Shown piece after piece: positions 9,449 through 18,494 of a stretch of 64,000 nucleotides of DNA. The position numbers and the translations under genes are program-made. The stretch covers positions 257,056 through 321,055 of the forward strand of contig DASZWN010000002.1 of NCBI GenBank assembly GCA_035546575.1. The letters are read 5' to 3'. The notes beneath the pieces are model-generated. The model was not told where the DNA came from, searched no databases, and was given only the letters and a program-made list of their open reading frames with translations. The DNA comes from Minisyncoccota bacterium (GTDB lineage Bacteria; Patescibacteriota; Minisyncoccia; Phycocordibacterales; SBAW01). The number at the start of each line of letters is the position of its first letter. Within the stretch, counting starts at the first letter, position 1.

Positions 9449-10492
9449 CTACCTCGAAGCGAGGAAACTTTCAATCAAACTCTCCACCTCCGCGGCGTTT
9501 TTTGCCTCCATTAATTGCATGCGCAGCTCTTTTGCGCCGTCAAAACCTTCGACATACGCTTTAAAGTGCTTTTTCATGATCGCAAAGTTTTTGATATCGC
9601 CTAACAGCTCTTCAAATAGCTTGGTGTGCTCTACAGCAATCTGAAGTCGAAATGCGTCCGGGAAAATAGTCTGGCCCGCAAGGGCGCCCCAAAGAGGGCG
9701 CCGCGAGACGGGAGACCCGAGGACTTTTTCTTGGGCGCTTTCGACGGAAGAAAAGAGCCACGGTTTGCCAAAAATCGCGCGCCCAAGCATGACGCCGTCG
9801 GCTCCACTCTCAGTCGCCTTCTTTCTTGCATCGGCAACATCGAGCGCATCGCCGTTGCCGATAATGAGCGTTTTGCTGCCCAACTCATTTCGGATCTCGA
9901 CGGCGCGCTTAACCCTCTCCCAATGCGCAGGCACGAGCGACATTTCTTTGCGCGTGCGAGCGTGGAGCGTAAGCGCCGCCGGCTCTGCAGCCAAAAGCTT
10001 TGGCAGCCACTCCTCCAAAATATCTTTGTTGTAACCTAAACGAGTTTTAACCGAAATCGGCAGGTTGGGCGCACCACGCTTGGCCGCTGCGATAAGCTCA
10101 ACCGCCCGCTCGGGGTTTAAAATGAGTTTTGCTCCCGCGCCTTGCTTTTCGATTGTTTTATCGGGGCAGCCCATGTTGATATCGATCCCGTCAAACCCAA
10201 GCTCTTGAGCGAGCGCCGCAGCATGCTCCATATGCTCGGGTGTGGCGGTAAAAAACTGCGCAACAATGGGCCGCTCGGCCTCGCTGTATAGCAAATCGCG
10301 CAGTAACTTGTTGCGGCCCTCTTCATGCGCCAACGCAAGTCCATCAGCAGAAACGAATTCGGTCCAAAAAACGTTGGGTCCTTCCGGCTTGCTGTACTTT
10401 GCGATAATACGGCGAAAAGCCGCGTCAGTGACGTTAGCTAAAGGCGCAAGCACAAAGAAAGGCCGCGGCAGAGAGTCCCAGAAATTTTTCAT
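9449..10492 (-). CDS. dus: tRNA-dihydrouridine synthase carrying an in-frame repeat-element insertion
   Basis: Dus TIM-barrel motifs (VLAPLANVTD, IDINMGCP); the C-terminal region contains translated element B (VLGSPVSRRPLWGALAGQTIF). Confidence 0.85.
   Translation of the reverse strand: MKNFWDSLPRPFFVLAPLANVTDAAFRRIIAKYSKPEGPNVFWTEFVSADGLALAHEEGRNKLLRDLLYSEAERPIVAQFFTATPEHMEHAAALAQELGFDGIDINMGCPDKTIEKQGAGAKLILNPERAVELIAAAKRGAPNLPISVKTRLGYNKDILEEWLPKLLAAEPAALTLHARTRKEMSLVPAHWERVKRAVEIRNELGSKTLIIGNGDALDVADARKKATESGADGVMLGRAIFGKPWLFSSVESAQEKVLGSPVSRRPLWGALAGQTIFPDAFRLQIAVEHTKLFEELLGDIKNFAIMKKHFKAYVEGFDGAKELRMQLMEAKNAAEVESLIESFLASR
9646..9744. repeat. MITE-like structured repeat element B, copy 1 (inside dus, translated in frame)
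   Basis: shares AAAATAGTCTGGCCCGCAAG-[hairpin]-GCGAGACGGGAGACCCGAGGACTTTTT with copies at about 49230 and 61410; flanked by the inverted repeat GTCGAAATGCG/CGCTTTCGAC. Confidence 0.75.
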
Positions 10493-10501
10493 ATACTCAC
10501 C

Positions 10502-11317
10502 CTACTGGTTTTTCAACTTGTAGTACAGCTTGTCGCCAAAGCGCAGATCGAGATACTCAAATTGCGAGAGGTCGTGGGTTGTAAACGGATCGGCAGTGAG
10601 GGCTAACCTAAAGCGCTCCAGCACGTCGGCGGTATCGTCTTTAAGCGCAAACATGAGTGCAAATCCGTTTGCAAATCGCATGGTTGCAGCAGTATCACTC
10701 ACCGAGACGCTCGCTACGGCAACCTTTGCCTGCTGCGCTGCAGCGGCGGCAAACGCGGCAAGCGAGCGAAATTGCTCGGGATTCAAAAATTGTTTTGGCT
10801 GGCTATTGGTCGTGCTACCAAAGTATTTTACATATACCTCTCCGGAAAAATCTGCCGCAGGAGCATAGACAACACCTACAGCATCGAGTAAGAAACAGGG
10901 TGACGGCGTAGTGGTTGATTCTCCGCACCACAGCGCATGCGGCCCGCGCTCAACAATATCTATGCGCAGATTTGTAAAATCCTGCACTTTGAGCGAGACG
11001 CTTTCAAAAACCGGAAATTGTTTTGTGAGTTGCGCTTGTACTTGGTCGCGCGGATAAAAAAGCGCATTATCTTTTGCAAACACTAAGCCATAAGTACCTC
11101 CGATCTCCTCACGCACCATGATCTCAATCGTGCTTGTCCCGACAGACGAGGCGCCTACTATCTCGATCGTCTGGATACGCAGAAATGGCGCCCAAGAGAG
11201 TGCAGTCGCCCCTGCTGCCAAAACCAACAGTAAAAACACGGCCACAGAAATAAGTACCATGCGTCGCTTACGCCGACGCGCTTTAAGCTTTGATTGCGGC
11301 AGTACGACCCGAGCCAT
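10502..11317 (-). CDS. ftsQ: cell division protein FtsQ/DivIB-like
   Basis: basic N-terminus, TM, POTRA-like IQTIEIVG; sits in a division/cell-wall gene context. Confidence 0.6.
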   Translation of the reverse strand: MARVVLPQSKLKARRRKRRMVLISVAVFLLLVLAAGATALSWAPFLRIQTIEIVGASSVGTSTIEIMVREEIGGTYGLVFAKDNALFYPRDQVQAQLTKQFPVFESVSLKVQDFTNLRIDIVERGPHALWCGESTTTPSPCFLLDAVGVVYAPAADFSGEVYVKYFGSTTNSQPKQFLNPEQFRSLAAFAAAAAQQAKVAVASVSVSDTAATMRFANGFALMFALKDDTADVLERFRLALTADPFTTHDLSQFEYLDLRFGDKLYYKLKNQ

Positions 11318-11321
11318 AGTA

Positions 11322-12608
11322 CTAATTCACTTTTTCTATCGTGTTTTTGCCAATGTAGGAGCGGAGTACTTCCGGAACTGAAACCGTGCCGTCTGCCTGT
11401 TGATAGTTTTCCAAAATTGCGATTAGGATGCGGCCGATAGCAAATGCCGTCGCGTCGTTCATATGTACCGGCTCAATAGCGCCATCTGCACGCTTGATAC
11501 GGGTGTTAAGCCGGCGTGCCTGAAAGCCGCCTACGTAGTCGGCGCTGTGCGTCTCTCTATACGTATCTTGTCCCGGCATCCATGTCTCAATGTCGATCTG
11601 ACGCTGGTCGGGAAAGCCCATATCACCGGTGCACACAAGCACCACTTGGTACGGAAGTTTCAACTGTTGGAGCAAATATTCTTGCACGGCAACCAGGAGT
11701 TCTTGCTCGGCTAAGCCGTCTTCGGGTTTGGTAAAGCACTCCATCTCGATTTTATCGAACTGATGCTGGCGCAAAATGCCTTTGGTGTCTTTGCCGTACG
11801 AGCCCGCTTCGCGGCGGAATGCGGTGGAGTAGCCAACATAGCGGATCGGGAGCTTTTCCTCATGCACAACCTCGTCCATATGGAGCGGTCCTAGTGTGTG
11901 TTCGGCACTACCGATAAGCATCGTATCTTCCTCAGGGAAAAGATAGTGCTCTTCCGGTGTGAGGAATCGCGCCATGCGCACCTGCACCTGCTTTTTTACA
12001 AATACCGGCGGCACGACCGGTATAAACGGTTTGGGGTTAATAGAAAGCCCCGCATTGGCAATAACTTTCTCCATTCCCTCTTTTGTAGAAAGCGTCTGCA
12101 TCACAAACTGTACGAGTGCAAACTGTAAGAGGGCTAGATCGCCCTTCACATAGGTAAAACGTGCGCCAGAAACCTCGGTTGCTTTTTCGGAGTCGATAAT
12201 GCCAAGCTCGCGGCCGATGTCCCAATGCGCTTTTACAGGAAAATTAAATTGCGGCTTTTCGCCCCACTGTTTGATAATCTTGTTGCCGCTCTCATCTGGG
12301 CCGATAGGCGTATCAGCAGACGGAATATTAGGGAGTTTTATCAAAAGCCCTACAAGCTCCTTTTCGAGCGTCTGATACTTTTCTTCAGCTGCTTTCAACT
12401 CCTCTTTTAAGCGCTTGCCTGCCTCCCCATCGCGTGCGGCCTGCGCCTCATTGCGCTTTTGGTTGATTTGGCTTATCTCGGTCGATGCCTGCTTGCGCTC
12501 GTCGGCAAGCGCCAAGATGCGGTCGAGGTCTACGCCCTCGCGGTTCTTGTTTTTGAGCGCAGCGCGGACGATATCTGGATTTTCCCGGATAAAAGTGATA
12601 TCTAACAT
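11322..12608 (-). CDS. serS: seryl-tRNA synthetase
   Basis: MLDITFIRENPD N-terminal coiled coil; class II motifs (FRREAGSYGKDTKGILRQHQFDKIE); start re-derived to the ATG at 12608. Confidence 0.9.
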   Translation of the reverse strand: MLDITFIRENPDIVRAALKNKNREGVDLDRILALADERKQASTEISQINQKRNEAQAARDGEAGKRLKEELKAAEEKYQTLEKELVGLLIKLPNIPSADTPIGPDESGNKIIKQWGEKPQFNFPVKAHWDIGRELGIIDSEKATEVSGARFTYVKGDLALLQFALVQFVMQTLSTKEGMEKVIANAGLSINPKPFIPVVPPVFVKKQVQVRMARFLTPEEHYLFPEEDTMLIGSAEHTLGPLHMDEVVHEEKLPIRYVGYSTAFRREAGSYGKDTKGILRQHQFDKIEMECFTKPEDGLAEQELLVAVQEYLLQQLKLPYQVVLVCTGDMGFPDQRQIDIETWMPGQDTYRETHSADYVGGFQARRLNTRIKRADGAIEPVHMNDATAFAIGRILIAILENYQQADGTVSVPEVLRSYIGKNTIEKVN

Positions 12609-12633
12609 ATGTTTCTGATACCCATAGCGTACA

Positions 12634-13494
12634 ATGACTTTCCCTCTGCGACAACTAGTATTTAATGACTTTCCTGAACTACTAAAGGAAATTCCTGACG
12701 CTCCGAGCACGCTCTGGTATCGCGGAGAAATGCCTCCAAAAGAGTACAAGATGCTGTGCGTTGTCGGCTCGCGCGCCACTACTCCCTACGGCAAACGTAT
12801 GTGCCAAAAACTTATTGCAGGTTTAGCCGGACAGCCAATCGCAATCATCTCCGGCATGGCGCTTGGGATCGACAGCGAGGCCCACAATGCCGCGATGGAC
12901 GTCGGGCTGCCCACCGTTGCAGTGCTCCCCTCGTCGTGCGACGAGAAGAGCCTCTACCCTTCTACCAATAAAGCGCTCGCGCAACGGATTCTGAGTCGCG
13001 GCGGAGCGCTCCTGAGCGAGACAAAAGGCCCATACAAAGCGATGCTGCACGACTTTGCAAAACGCAATCGCATCGGCGCGGGCATGTCGCTTGTGACACT
13101 TATCATCGAAGCGGGAGAGAAATCGGGTACTTTGATTACCGCGCGCCTTGCACTCGATTACAATCGCGAGGTACTTGCGGTGCCGCACGAGATCGGCCGC
13201 GAGACTGGAGCAGGTGTTAATGCACTGATCCGTGAAGGGGCAACCCTGGTGCGAAACTCCGAGGACGTGCTCCAAGCGCTTGGGCTCAAAGCCGCAGAGC
13301 CCGAGCAAGGCACGCTCCCAACCGATCTAACAGAGGTGGAAATAAAAGTCTTAACTGCACTAACCGAAGCGCTCGTTAAAGACGAAGTAATCGAGTATGC
13401 CGAGGTCTCCGCACAAGAAGCAAACATCGCGCTCTCCTCGCTCCTCATACGCGGCCTCATAACCGAGCGTCTTGGCAAAATTGAGCGCGTGTAG
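12634..13494 (+). CDS. dprA: DNA processing protein DprA/Smf
   Basis: VVGSRATTPYG...GIDSEAHNAA...GTLITA. Confidence 0.85.
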   Translation: MTFPLRQLVFNDFPELLKEIPDAPSTLWYRGEMPPKEYKMLCVVGSRATTPYGKRMCQKLIAGLAGQPIAIISGMALGIDSEAHNAAMDVGLPTVAVLPSSCDEKSLYPSTNKALAQRILSRGGALLSETKGPYKAMLHDFAKRNRIGAGMSLVTLIIEAGEKSGTLITARLALDYNREVLAVPHEIGRETGAGVNALIREGATLVRNSEDVLQALGLKAAEPEQGTLPTDLTEVEIKVLTALTEALVKDEVIEYAEVSAQEANIALSSLLIRGLITERLGKIERV

Positions 13495-13518
13495 TATCTG
13501 GTATAGTACTACGTATAT

Positions 13519-15756
13519 ATGAAGTTGGTGATCGTTGAGTCGCCCGCTAAGGCGAAGACTATTGAGAAGTACCTTAACGATATTGTTAAGGATGGGCGCC
13601 TGCCTGCCGGTAGGCAGGACTTTGTCGTGCGCGCCTCGGTGGGCCATGTCCGCGATCTTCCGAAGTCTAATAAAAAAGCGATCGATATTCCTGCCGGCTT
13701 TGTGCCGCACTACGAGGTTGTGGCAGGCAAGATGAAGGTGATCGACGAGTTAAAAACGCTCGCTAAAAAAGCCGACGAGGTAATACTCGCGACCGACCCC
13801 GACCGCGAGGGCGAGGCTATTGCCTGGCACATTGGCCAGGAACTCAAGCTCAAAAAGCCGGAGCGCATCGTGTTCCACGAGATCACCAAAGAGGCTATCG
13901 CCGAGGCGCTTGCTAACCCGCGTCAGATCGACGAGCACTTGCGTTATGCACAAGAGGCACGCCGCGTGCTCGACCGCCTGGTGGGCTACGACCTCTCGGG
14001 GCTTATCTGGAAGAAGGTTCGATACGGGCTCTCCGCAGGGCGCGTACAATCGCCGGCTTTGCGCATCATTATGGAGCGCGAGCGCGAGATCCGCGCATTT
14101 ATCCCTGAGACCTACTGGGTTATTACCGCACAGACCCAGACCGAGCATAAAGATGCACTCAACCTCACCTGTGTTGAGGAGCCGCGCGACAAAAAACAAG
14201 TCGACCATATTATCGAGGCGGTTAAAAAAGACGGGCTTACTGTCGCCGACGTAACCGAGAGCGAAATGAAGCGGGCTCCAAGAGCGCCATTTACCACCTC
14301 CACCCTCCAGCAGGCGGCATCAACGCGCCTTGGCTTCTCCCCCTCCAACACCATGCGTATTGCGCAAAAACTCTACGAAGCCGGCCACATTACCTACATG
14401 CGCACCGACTCGGTAAACCTTGGCGCTCCTGCACGCGCAGCACTGCTTGCTCATGTTGAGAAAAAGTACGGCAAAGAGTACGTGCAGCCGCATACATTTG
14501 CGACAAAATCTAAAAATGCGCAGGAGGCTCATGAAGCAGTGCGCCCGACTCATATAGAAAAGGAGTCGGTTGGCACAACGCCCGAACAAAAGAAGCTCTA
14601 TGAGCTGATTTGGGCCCGCACGCTCGCATCGCAAATGGCTGATGCAAAACTGCTCAAGACAAAAATAATTGCCGAGACAAAAGATGCAAAGGTTCCGCAA
14701 TTTGCAGCCAATGGATCGCGCGTGATGTTTGACGGCTGGCTGCGTGCCGACCCTGCAGCACGCGGCGAAGATGTCGAGCTGCCAAAAGTCTCTCCAAAAG
14801 AAACACTCGATGTTAAAGATGTTTCTGCGGAGGAAAAGGCTACCACCCCACCGCAGCGCTACTCCGAGGCCGGGCTGATCAAAGAGCTCGAGAAGCGCGG
14901 TATCGGCCGGCCGTCAACGTACGCAAGCATCATGAAGACGCTCCAAGACCGCGGCTACGTACTCAAGGAAGGGCGCTCGCTAATACCTACCGACACCGGC
15001 GATGTGGTCTCAACATTCCTTGAAGACAACTTCCCTACCTATATCTCGGATACGTTTACTGCAGAGATGGAAGACGAGCTCGACGAAATTGCTCTTGGCA
15101 AACGCGAGTATGCAAAGACGCTCGGCGACTTCTATACCCCGTTTCTTAAAGACGTAAAACTCAAAGACAAAGAAGCCGGTAAGATTACCGATCTGGGGCC
15201 GGCACCAAAAGAGTATACCTGCCCCATATGCGGCAGCCCGATGGTGTTTAAGCTCTCTCGCCAGGGCAAATTTATGTCTTGCTCGCGCTTCCCCGACTGT
15301 TTGGGTGCTCGTACAGAAACCGGCGAGGTAATCTCAAACGAGCCGCCAAAACCAATCGGCACGTATCCGGAAAATGGCGAACCTATTTATGTGCTCACCG
15401 GCCGCTTTGGCCCTTATGTGCAAGTTGGCGAAACTCCGACCGGCAAAGGCTCAAAGTCTAAAAACAAACCCAAACGCGGCTCAATTCCTAAAGAAAAAAT
15501 CCCTGAGGAGGTGACTCTCGAAGATGCGCTTAAATATTTGAGCCTCCCGCGTGTACTTGGCAAACATCCGGACACCGAAGAAACTATTACCGCCAACATC
15601 GGCCGCTTCGGTCCCTACATTGCGCACAACACCAAACCAAAGCCGGACTTCCGCTCGCTAAAAACCGACGACGTATATGCAATAACGCTTGAAAGAGCCC
15701 TCGAAATCTTAAGCGAAGAAAAGAAGCGCCGCGGGTTTACAAAGAAAGCAAAATAA
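13519..15756 (+). CDS. topA: DNA topoisomerase I, with an in-frame 20 bp palindrome (LPAGRQ) in the TOPRIM N-terminus
   Basis: KLVIVESPAKAKTIEKYL, SVGHVRDLP, C-terminal Zn ribbons. Confidence 0.95.
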   Translation: MKLVIVESPAKAKTIEKYLNDIVKDGRLPAGRQDFVVRASVGHVRDLPKSNKKAIDIPAGFVPHYEVVAGKMKVIDELKTLAKKADEVILATDPDREGEAIAWHIGQELKLKKPERIVFHEITKEAIAEALANPRQIDEHLRYAQEARRVLDRLVGYDLSGLIWKKVRYGLSAGRVQSPALRIIMEREREIRAFIPETYWVITAQTQTEHKDALNLTCVEEPRDKKQVDHIIEAVKKDGLTVADVTESEMKRAPRAPFTTSTLQQAASTRLGFSPSNTMRIAQKLYEAGHITYMRTDSVNLGAPARAALLAHVEKKYGKEYVQPHTFATKSKNAQEAHEAVRPTHIEKESVGTTPEQKKLYELIWARTLASQMADAKLLKTKIIAETKDAKVPQFAANGSRVMFDGWLRADPAARGEDVELPKVSPKETLDVKDVSAEEKATTPPQRYSEAGLIKELEKRGIGRPSTYASIMKTLQDRGYVLKEGRSLIPTDTGDVVSTFLEDNFPTYISDTFTAEMEDELDEIALGKREYAKTLGDFYTPFLKDVKLKDKEAGKITDLGPAPKEYTCPICGSPMVFKLSRQGKFMSCSRFPDCLGARTETGEVISNEPPKPIGTYPENGEPIYVLTGRFGPYVQVGETPTGKGSKSKNKPKRGSIPKEKIPEEVTLEDALKYLSLPRVLGKHPDTEETITANIGRFGPYIAHNTKPKPDFRSLKTDDVYAITLERALEILSEEKKRRGFTKKAK
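13599..13618. repeat. 20 bp palindromic element A (CCTGCCTGCCGGTAGGCAGG), in frame in topA
   Basis: identical or near-identical copies at 19515, 21599, 42963, 45769, 47486 (21 bp variant), 49072 and 52984. Confidence 0.9.
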
Positions 15757-15762
15757 AAAGAA

Positions 15763-15789
15763 GAAGCGCGGGACTAAGTCCCGCGCTTC
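15763..15789. terminator. hairpin terminator between topA and the convergent gene
   Basis: GAAGCGCGGGACTAAGTCCCGCGCTTC with an A/T run on the minus side. Confidence 0.7.
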
Positions 15790-15804
15790 GCGCATCTGAA
15801 ATCG

Positions 15805-16188
15805 TTAGTGGTTCTTGACGCGCTGCACCCGGCGATGCCGCGTAGGACGCGGCACACGGCCCTGCAGCGGCGACCGCGGCGTCTGATTGCGCAGATGCCA
15901 GTCCTGCCGCTCAAACGGCCGTACGTGATGAAAGGGCATGTCGCGAAGGATACTGCCTAGTGCAATTCTCATGTCTCTCTCTTCTCGCTCGATGTACTCG
16001 ATGCTGATCGCCATGAATGGCGTATGCGGAGCCGTAAGATCAAATAGATCCGGTGTTTCGGGGAAGAAGCGGTCGATCGCAGATACGGCCATATCGATTA
16101 TGACGAGGGTGTCGGATTGCTTGGGGTATTCGACCTCAGCAACAACAGTGTCCCCTTCCAGATGAAGGGTAATGCCTGGGCCTGCCAT
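15805..16188 (-). CDS. hypothetical protein
   Basis: ORF with coding-like composition; start chosen at MAGPGITLHL. Confidence 0.35.
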   Translation of the reverse strand: MAGPGITLHLEGDTVVAEVEYPKQSDTLVIIDMAVSAIDRFFPETPDLFDLTAPHTPFMAISIEYIEREERDMRIALGSILRDMPFHHVRPFERQDWHLRNQTPRSPLQGRVPRPTRHRRVQRVKNH

Positions 16189-16281
16189 GTATGCTCCCTG
16201 TCTCTCGGTGAACTTGCTAAAAAACAAAATAGCACGAGATAAAAGATGCGTCAAAATTTAAAAGGAGTACTATAGGTATAT

Positions 16282-17859
16282 ATGCCAAGCGCTCGCGACA
16301 TAGTGAGCAAGATGAGCTCTCCTACCGCAGAGGATACTGCCTTTGTAGAAAAAGCGTACGCGTTTGCGGCCGAGGCGCACAAGGACCACAAGCGCTTTTC
16401 CGGCGAGCCATTTCTGACACACCTTGCCGCAACTGCCGAGTCTCTGGCCGAGCTTGGCATGGGAGCAAAGACGATCGCTGCCGGGCTGCTCCACGACACT
16501 ATCGAGGATATGGGGGTAGACCGGGCAGTAATAGAAAAAGAGTTCGGAAAAGACATGCTCTTTTTGATTGAGGGCGTTACCAAGCTCGGGCACCTTAAGT
16601 ATCGCGGCACCGAGCGGCATCGCGAGTCACTGCGCAAACTACTTGTGGCAACCGGCAAAGATGTACGTGTGCTGATTATCAAGCTCATGGACCGCTTACA
16701 TAACATGCGCACGCTTGAGCACGTGCCGGAAGCAAAGCGCAAACGCATCGCGCTTGAGACGCTCGAGATCCACGCGGCAATCGCACACCGGTTGGGTATG
16801 GGCGTGGTACGCAAAGAGCTCGAGGACTTGGCGTTCCGCTGGGCATACCCGGAGGAATACGCCGAAGCGCAAAAACTATTGACCGAAAAGTCAAAGGAGA
16901 CGCAGGAGCGTCTCGAGGAGATGAGTCGTACGCTCAAAAAAGAGCTCGCCAAAAATGAGATTACTCGATTTGAAACAGACTACCGGGTAAAAGGGCTCTG
17001 GAGCCTGTGGCAAAAGCTCAAGCGTAAAGAGGGCGATGTGGCAAAGGTGTACGACATTGCGGCGCTGCGCGTGGTGGTAGACAGCGTTGCCGACTGCTAC
17101 CGTGTGCTTGGCATCGTTAACAACCTCTGGCAGCCGCTCCCCTATAAAATCAAAGATTATATCGCTTTCCCCAAGCCAAACGGGTATCAGTCGCTCCACA
17201 CCACGGTGTTTGCTGGCGATGGTGGGATCGTGGAGGTGCAGATCCGCACCAAAGAAATGCATCGCGATGCACAATTTGGCATCACTGCGCACGTGGTCTA
17301 CAAAGAGCGCGGTAGAGGCGCGTCTCATGCGTCAGATCAGGCACGCGGCAGAGGCACAAGCTTTGACTGGATACGCTCGCTTTTGCCCGGTTTTAGGCGT
17401 GCGCCAGTACAAGACACCAAAGGCGCAGCGGCGCCTGCGGATACCAATGAGAGCAAACCTTCGCGCACGCGATATGGCTCGGCGCCAGTGCCTGAGTGGC
17501 TCTCGGGGATTGAAGAAAACGAGCTTGAGGACCCCGACTTTGATACTGCGGTACGCGGCGACATCTTTTCGCACCGAGCGTTCGTATTTACGCCGCGCGG
17601 CGACGTGGTAGACCTGCCCACGCAAGCGACGCCAATAGATTTTGCATACGCCATACACTCAGACTTGGGCGACCGCGTATCTGGCGCCAAAGTAAACGGT
17701 AAGCTTGTGCCTCTTGATACCGAGCTCCACAACGGCGACATTGTCGAGATCCAGACTAAAAAGAGTGCTCGGCCTAAACAGAAGTGGCTCGACTTTACCA
17801 AAACAACGCTAGCGCGCCGACATATCCGCAACGCGCTGGAGGAAGAAACTAAAAACTAA
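16282..17859 (+). CDS. rel: bifunctional (p)ppGpp synthetase/hydrolase Rel/SpoT (short form: HD, synthetase and TGS; no ACT)
   Basis: HD motif (LLHDTIED), RelA_SpoT synthetase (YQSLHTTV), TGS (GDIVEIQT); low-complexity linker. Confidence 0.9.
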   Translation: MPSARDIVSKMSSPTAEDTAFVEKAYAFAAEAHKDHKRFSGEPFLTHLAATAESLAELGMGAKTIAAGLLHDTIEDMGVDRAVIEKEFGKDMLFLIEGVTKLGHLKYRGTERHRESLRKLLVATGKDVRVLIIKLMDRLHNMRTLEHVPEAKRKRIALETLEIHAAIAHRLGMGVVRKELEDLAFRWAYPEEYAEAQKLLTEKSKETQERLEEMSRTLKKELAKNEITRFETDYRVKGLWSLWQKLKRKEGDVAKVYDIAALRVVVDSVADCYRVLGIVNNLWQPLPYKIKDYIAFPKPNGYQSLHTTVFAGDGGIVEVQIRTKEMHRDAQFGITAHVVYKERGRGASHASDQARGRGTSFDWIRSLLPGFRRAPVQDTKGAAAPADTNESKPSRTRYGSAPVPEWLSGIEENELEDPDFDTAVRGDIFSHRAFVFTPRGDVVDLPTQATPIDFAYAIHSDLGDRVSGAKVNGKLVPLDTELHNGDIVEIQTKKSARPKQKWLDFTKTTLARRHIRNALEEETKN

Positions 17860-18494
17860 CCCAGATGCGCGTGATCGTTAATGACCGAAATCGACCACGG
17901 CCAAGACGGATTTTTTTCGCTGTCATAGACCAGAATAGATAGACCTGTATTTTTAGTACTGATACCGTTTACAAACGCTCCGCACTCGCGCGGCGTAACG
18001 TCCTTTCCAAATAATGCGTACGCCAAAAGGACTTTGAGGAACCAGCCGTGTGTTACTACTAAGATATGTTCGTGCGGCAAGTCTTCCAAGTATTTAAGCG
18101 CAGAAGAGACCCTCGCTGTTACCTCTGCAAAATCCTCTTCGTCGGAGTACCGGGGTTTATTATTATAAAAGTTGTCGTCAATAATTTTTTGTATACGGCT
18201 ACCTTCTCCATCAATTTCTGATATACCGATTAACTCTGAAGCATTACGGCCTTCTACGAACAGGGCTGAGCTTGTGATAACTCGCCCGGTCTTGTCGGCA
18301 ATATGCTGAGCGGTTTGTTGAGCACGCGTCATGGTGCTTGCAACAATGATGTCCAGAGGCAGCTTCATTGCTCGCTCAGCAATAAACTCTGCCTGTTCGT
18401 GGCCTTTTTGAGTAAGCGGGCTTTCAGAAGACGCGTGCACCTTTATCGCATTTGCCTCGCTTTCTCCATGCCGGACAAGATAGATTGTCTTCAT
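17856..18494 (-). CDS. histidine phosphatase family protein (phosphoglycerate-mutase-like)
   Basis: LVRHGESEAN ... VVTHG. Confidence 0.8.
   Translation of the reverse strand: MKTIYLVRHGESEANAIKVHASSESPLTQKGHEQAEFIAERAMKLPLDIIVASTMTRAQQTAQHIADKTGRVITSSALFVEGRNASELIGISEIDGEGSRIQKIIDDNFYNNKPRYSDEEDFAEVTARVSSALKYLEDLPHEHILVVTHGWFLKVLLAYALFGKDVTPRECGAFVNGISTKNTGLSILVYDSEKNPSWPWSISVINDHAHLG

Noticed and set aside
9640-9760. Possible CRISPR-like or tandem-repeat array, because the same roughly 70 bp sequence recurs
   Set aside because: The three copies are dispersed (9.6 kb, 49.2 kb, 61.4 kb), not arrayed, with no regular spacers and no cas genes. They are better explained as a MITE-like element.
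13360-13710. Opposite-strand ORFs sharing the peptide LPTGRQAP (also 21258-21716)
   Set aside because: The shared peptide is simply palindrome A read on the other strand inside topA and miaA; it is an artefact of the repeat, not a protein family.
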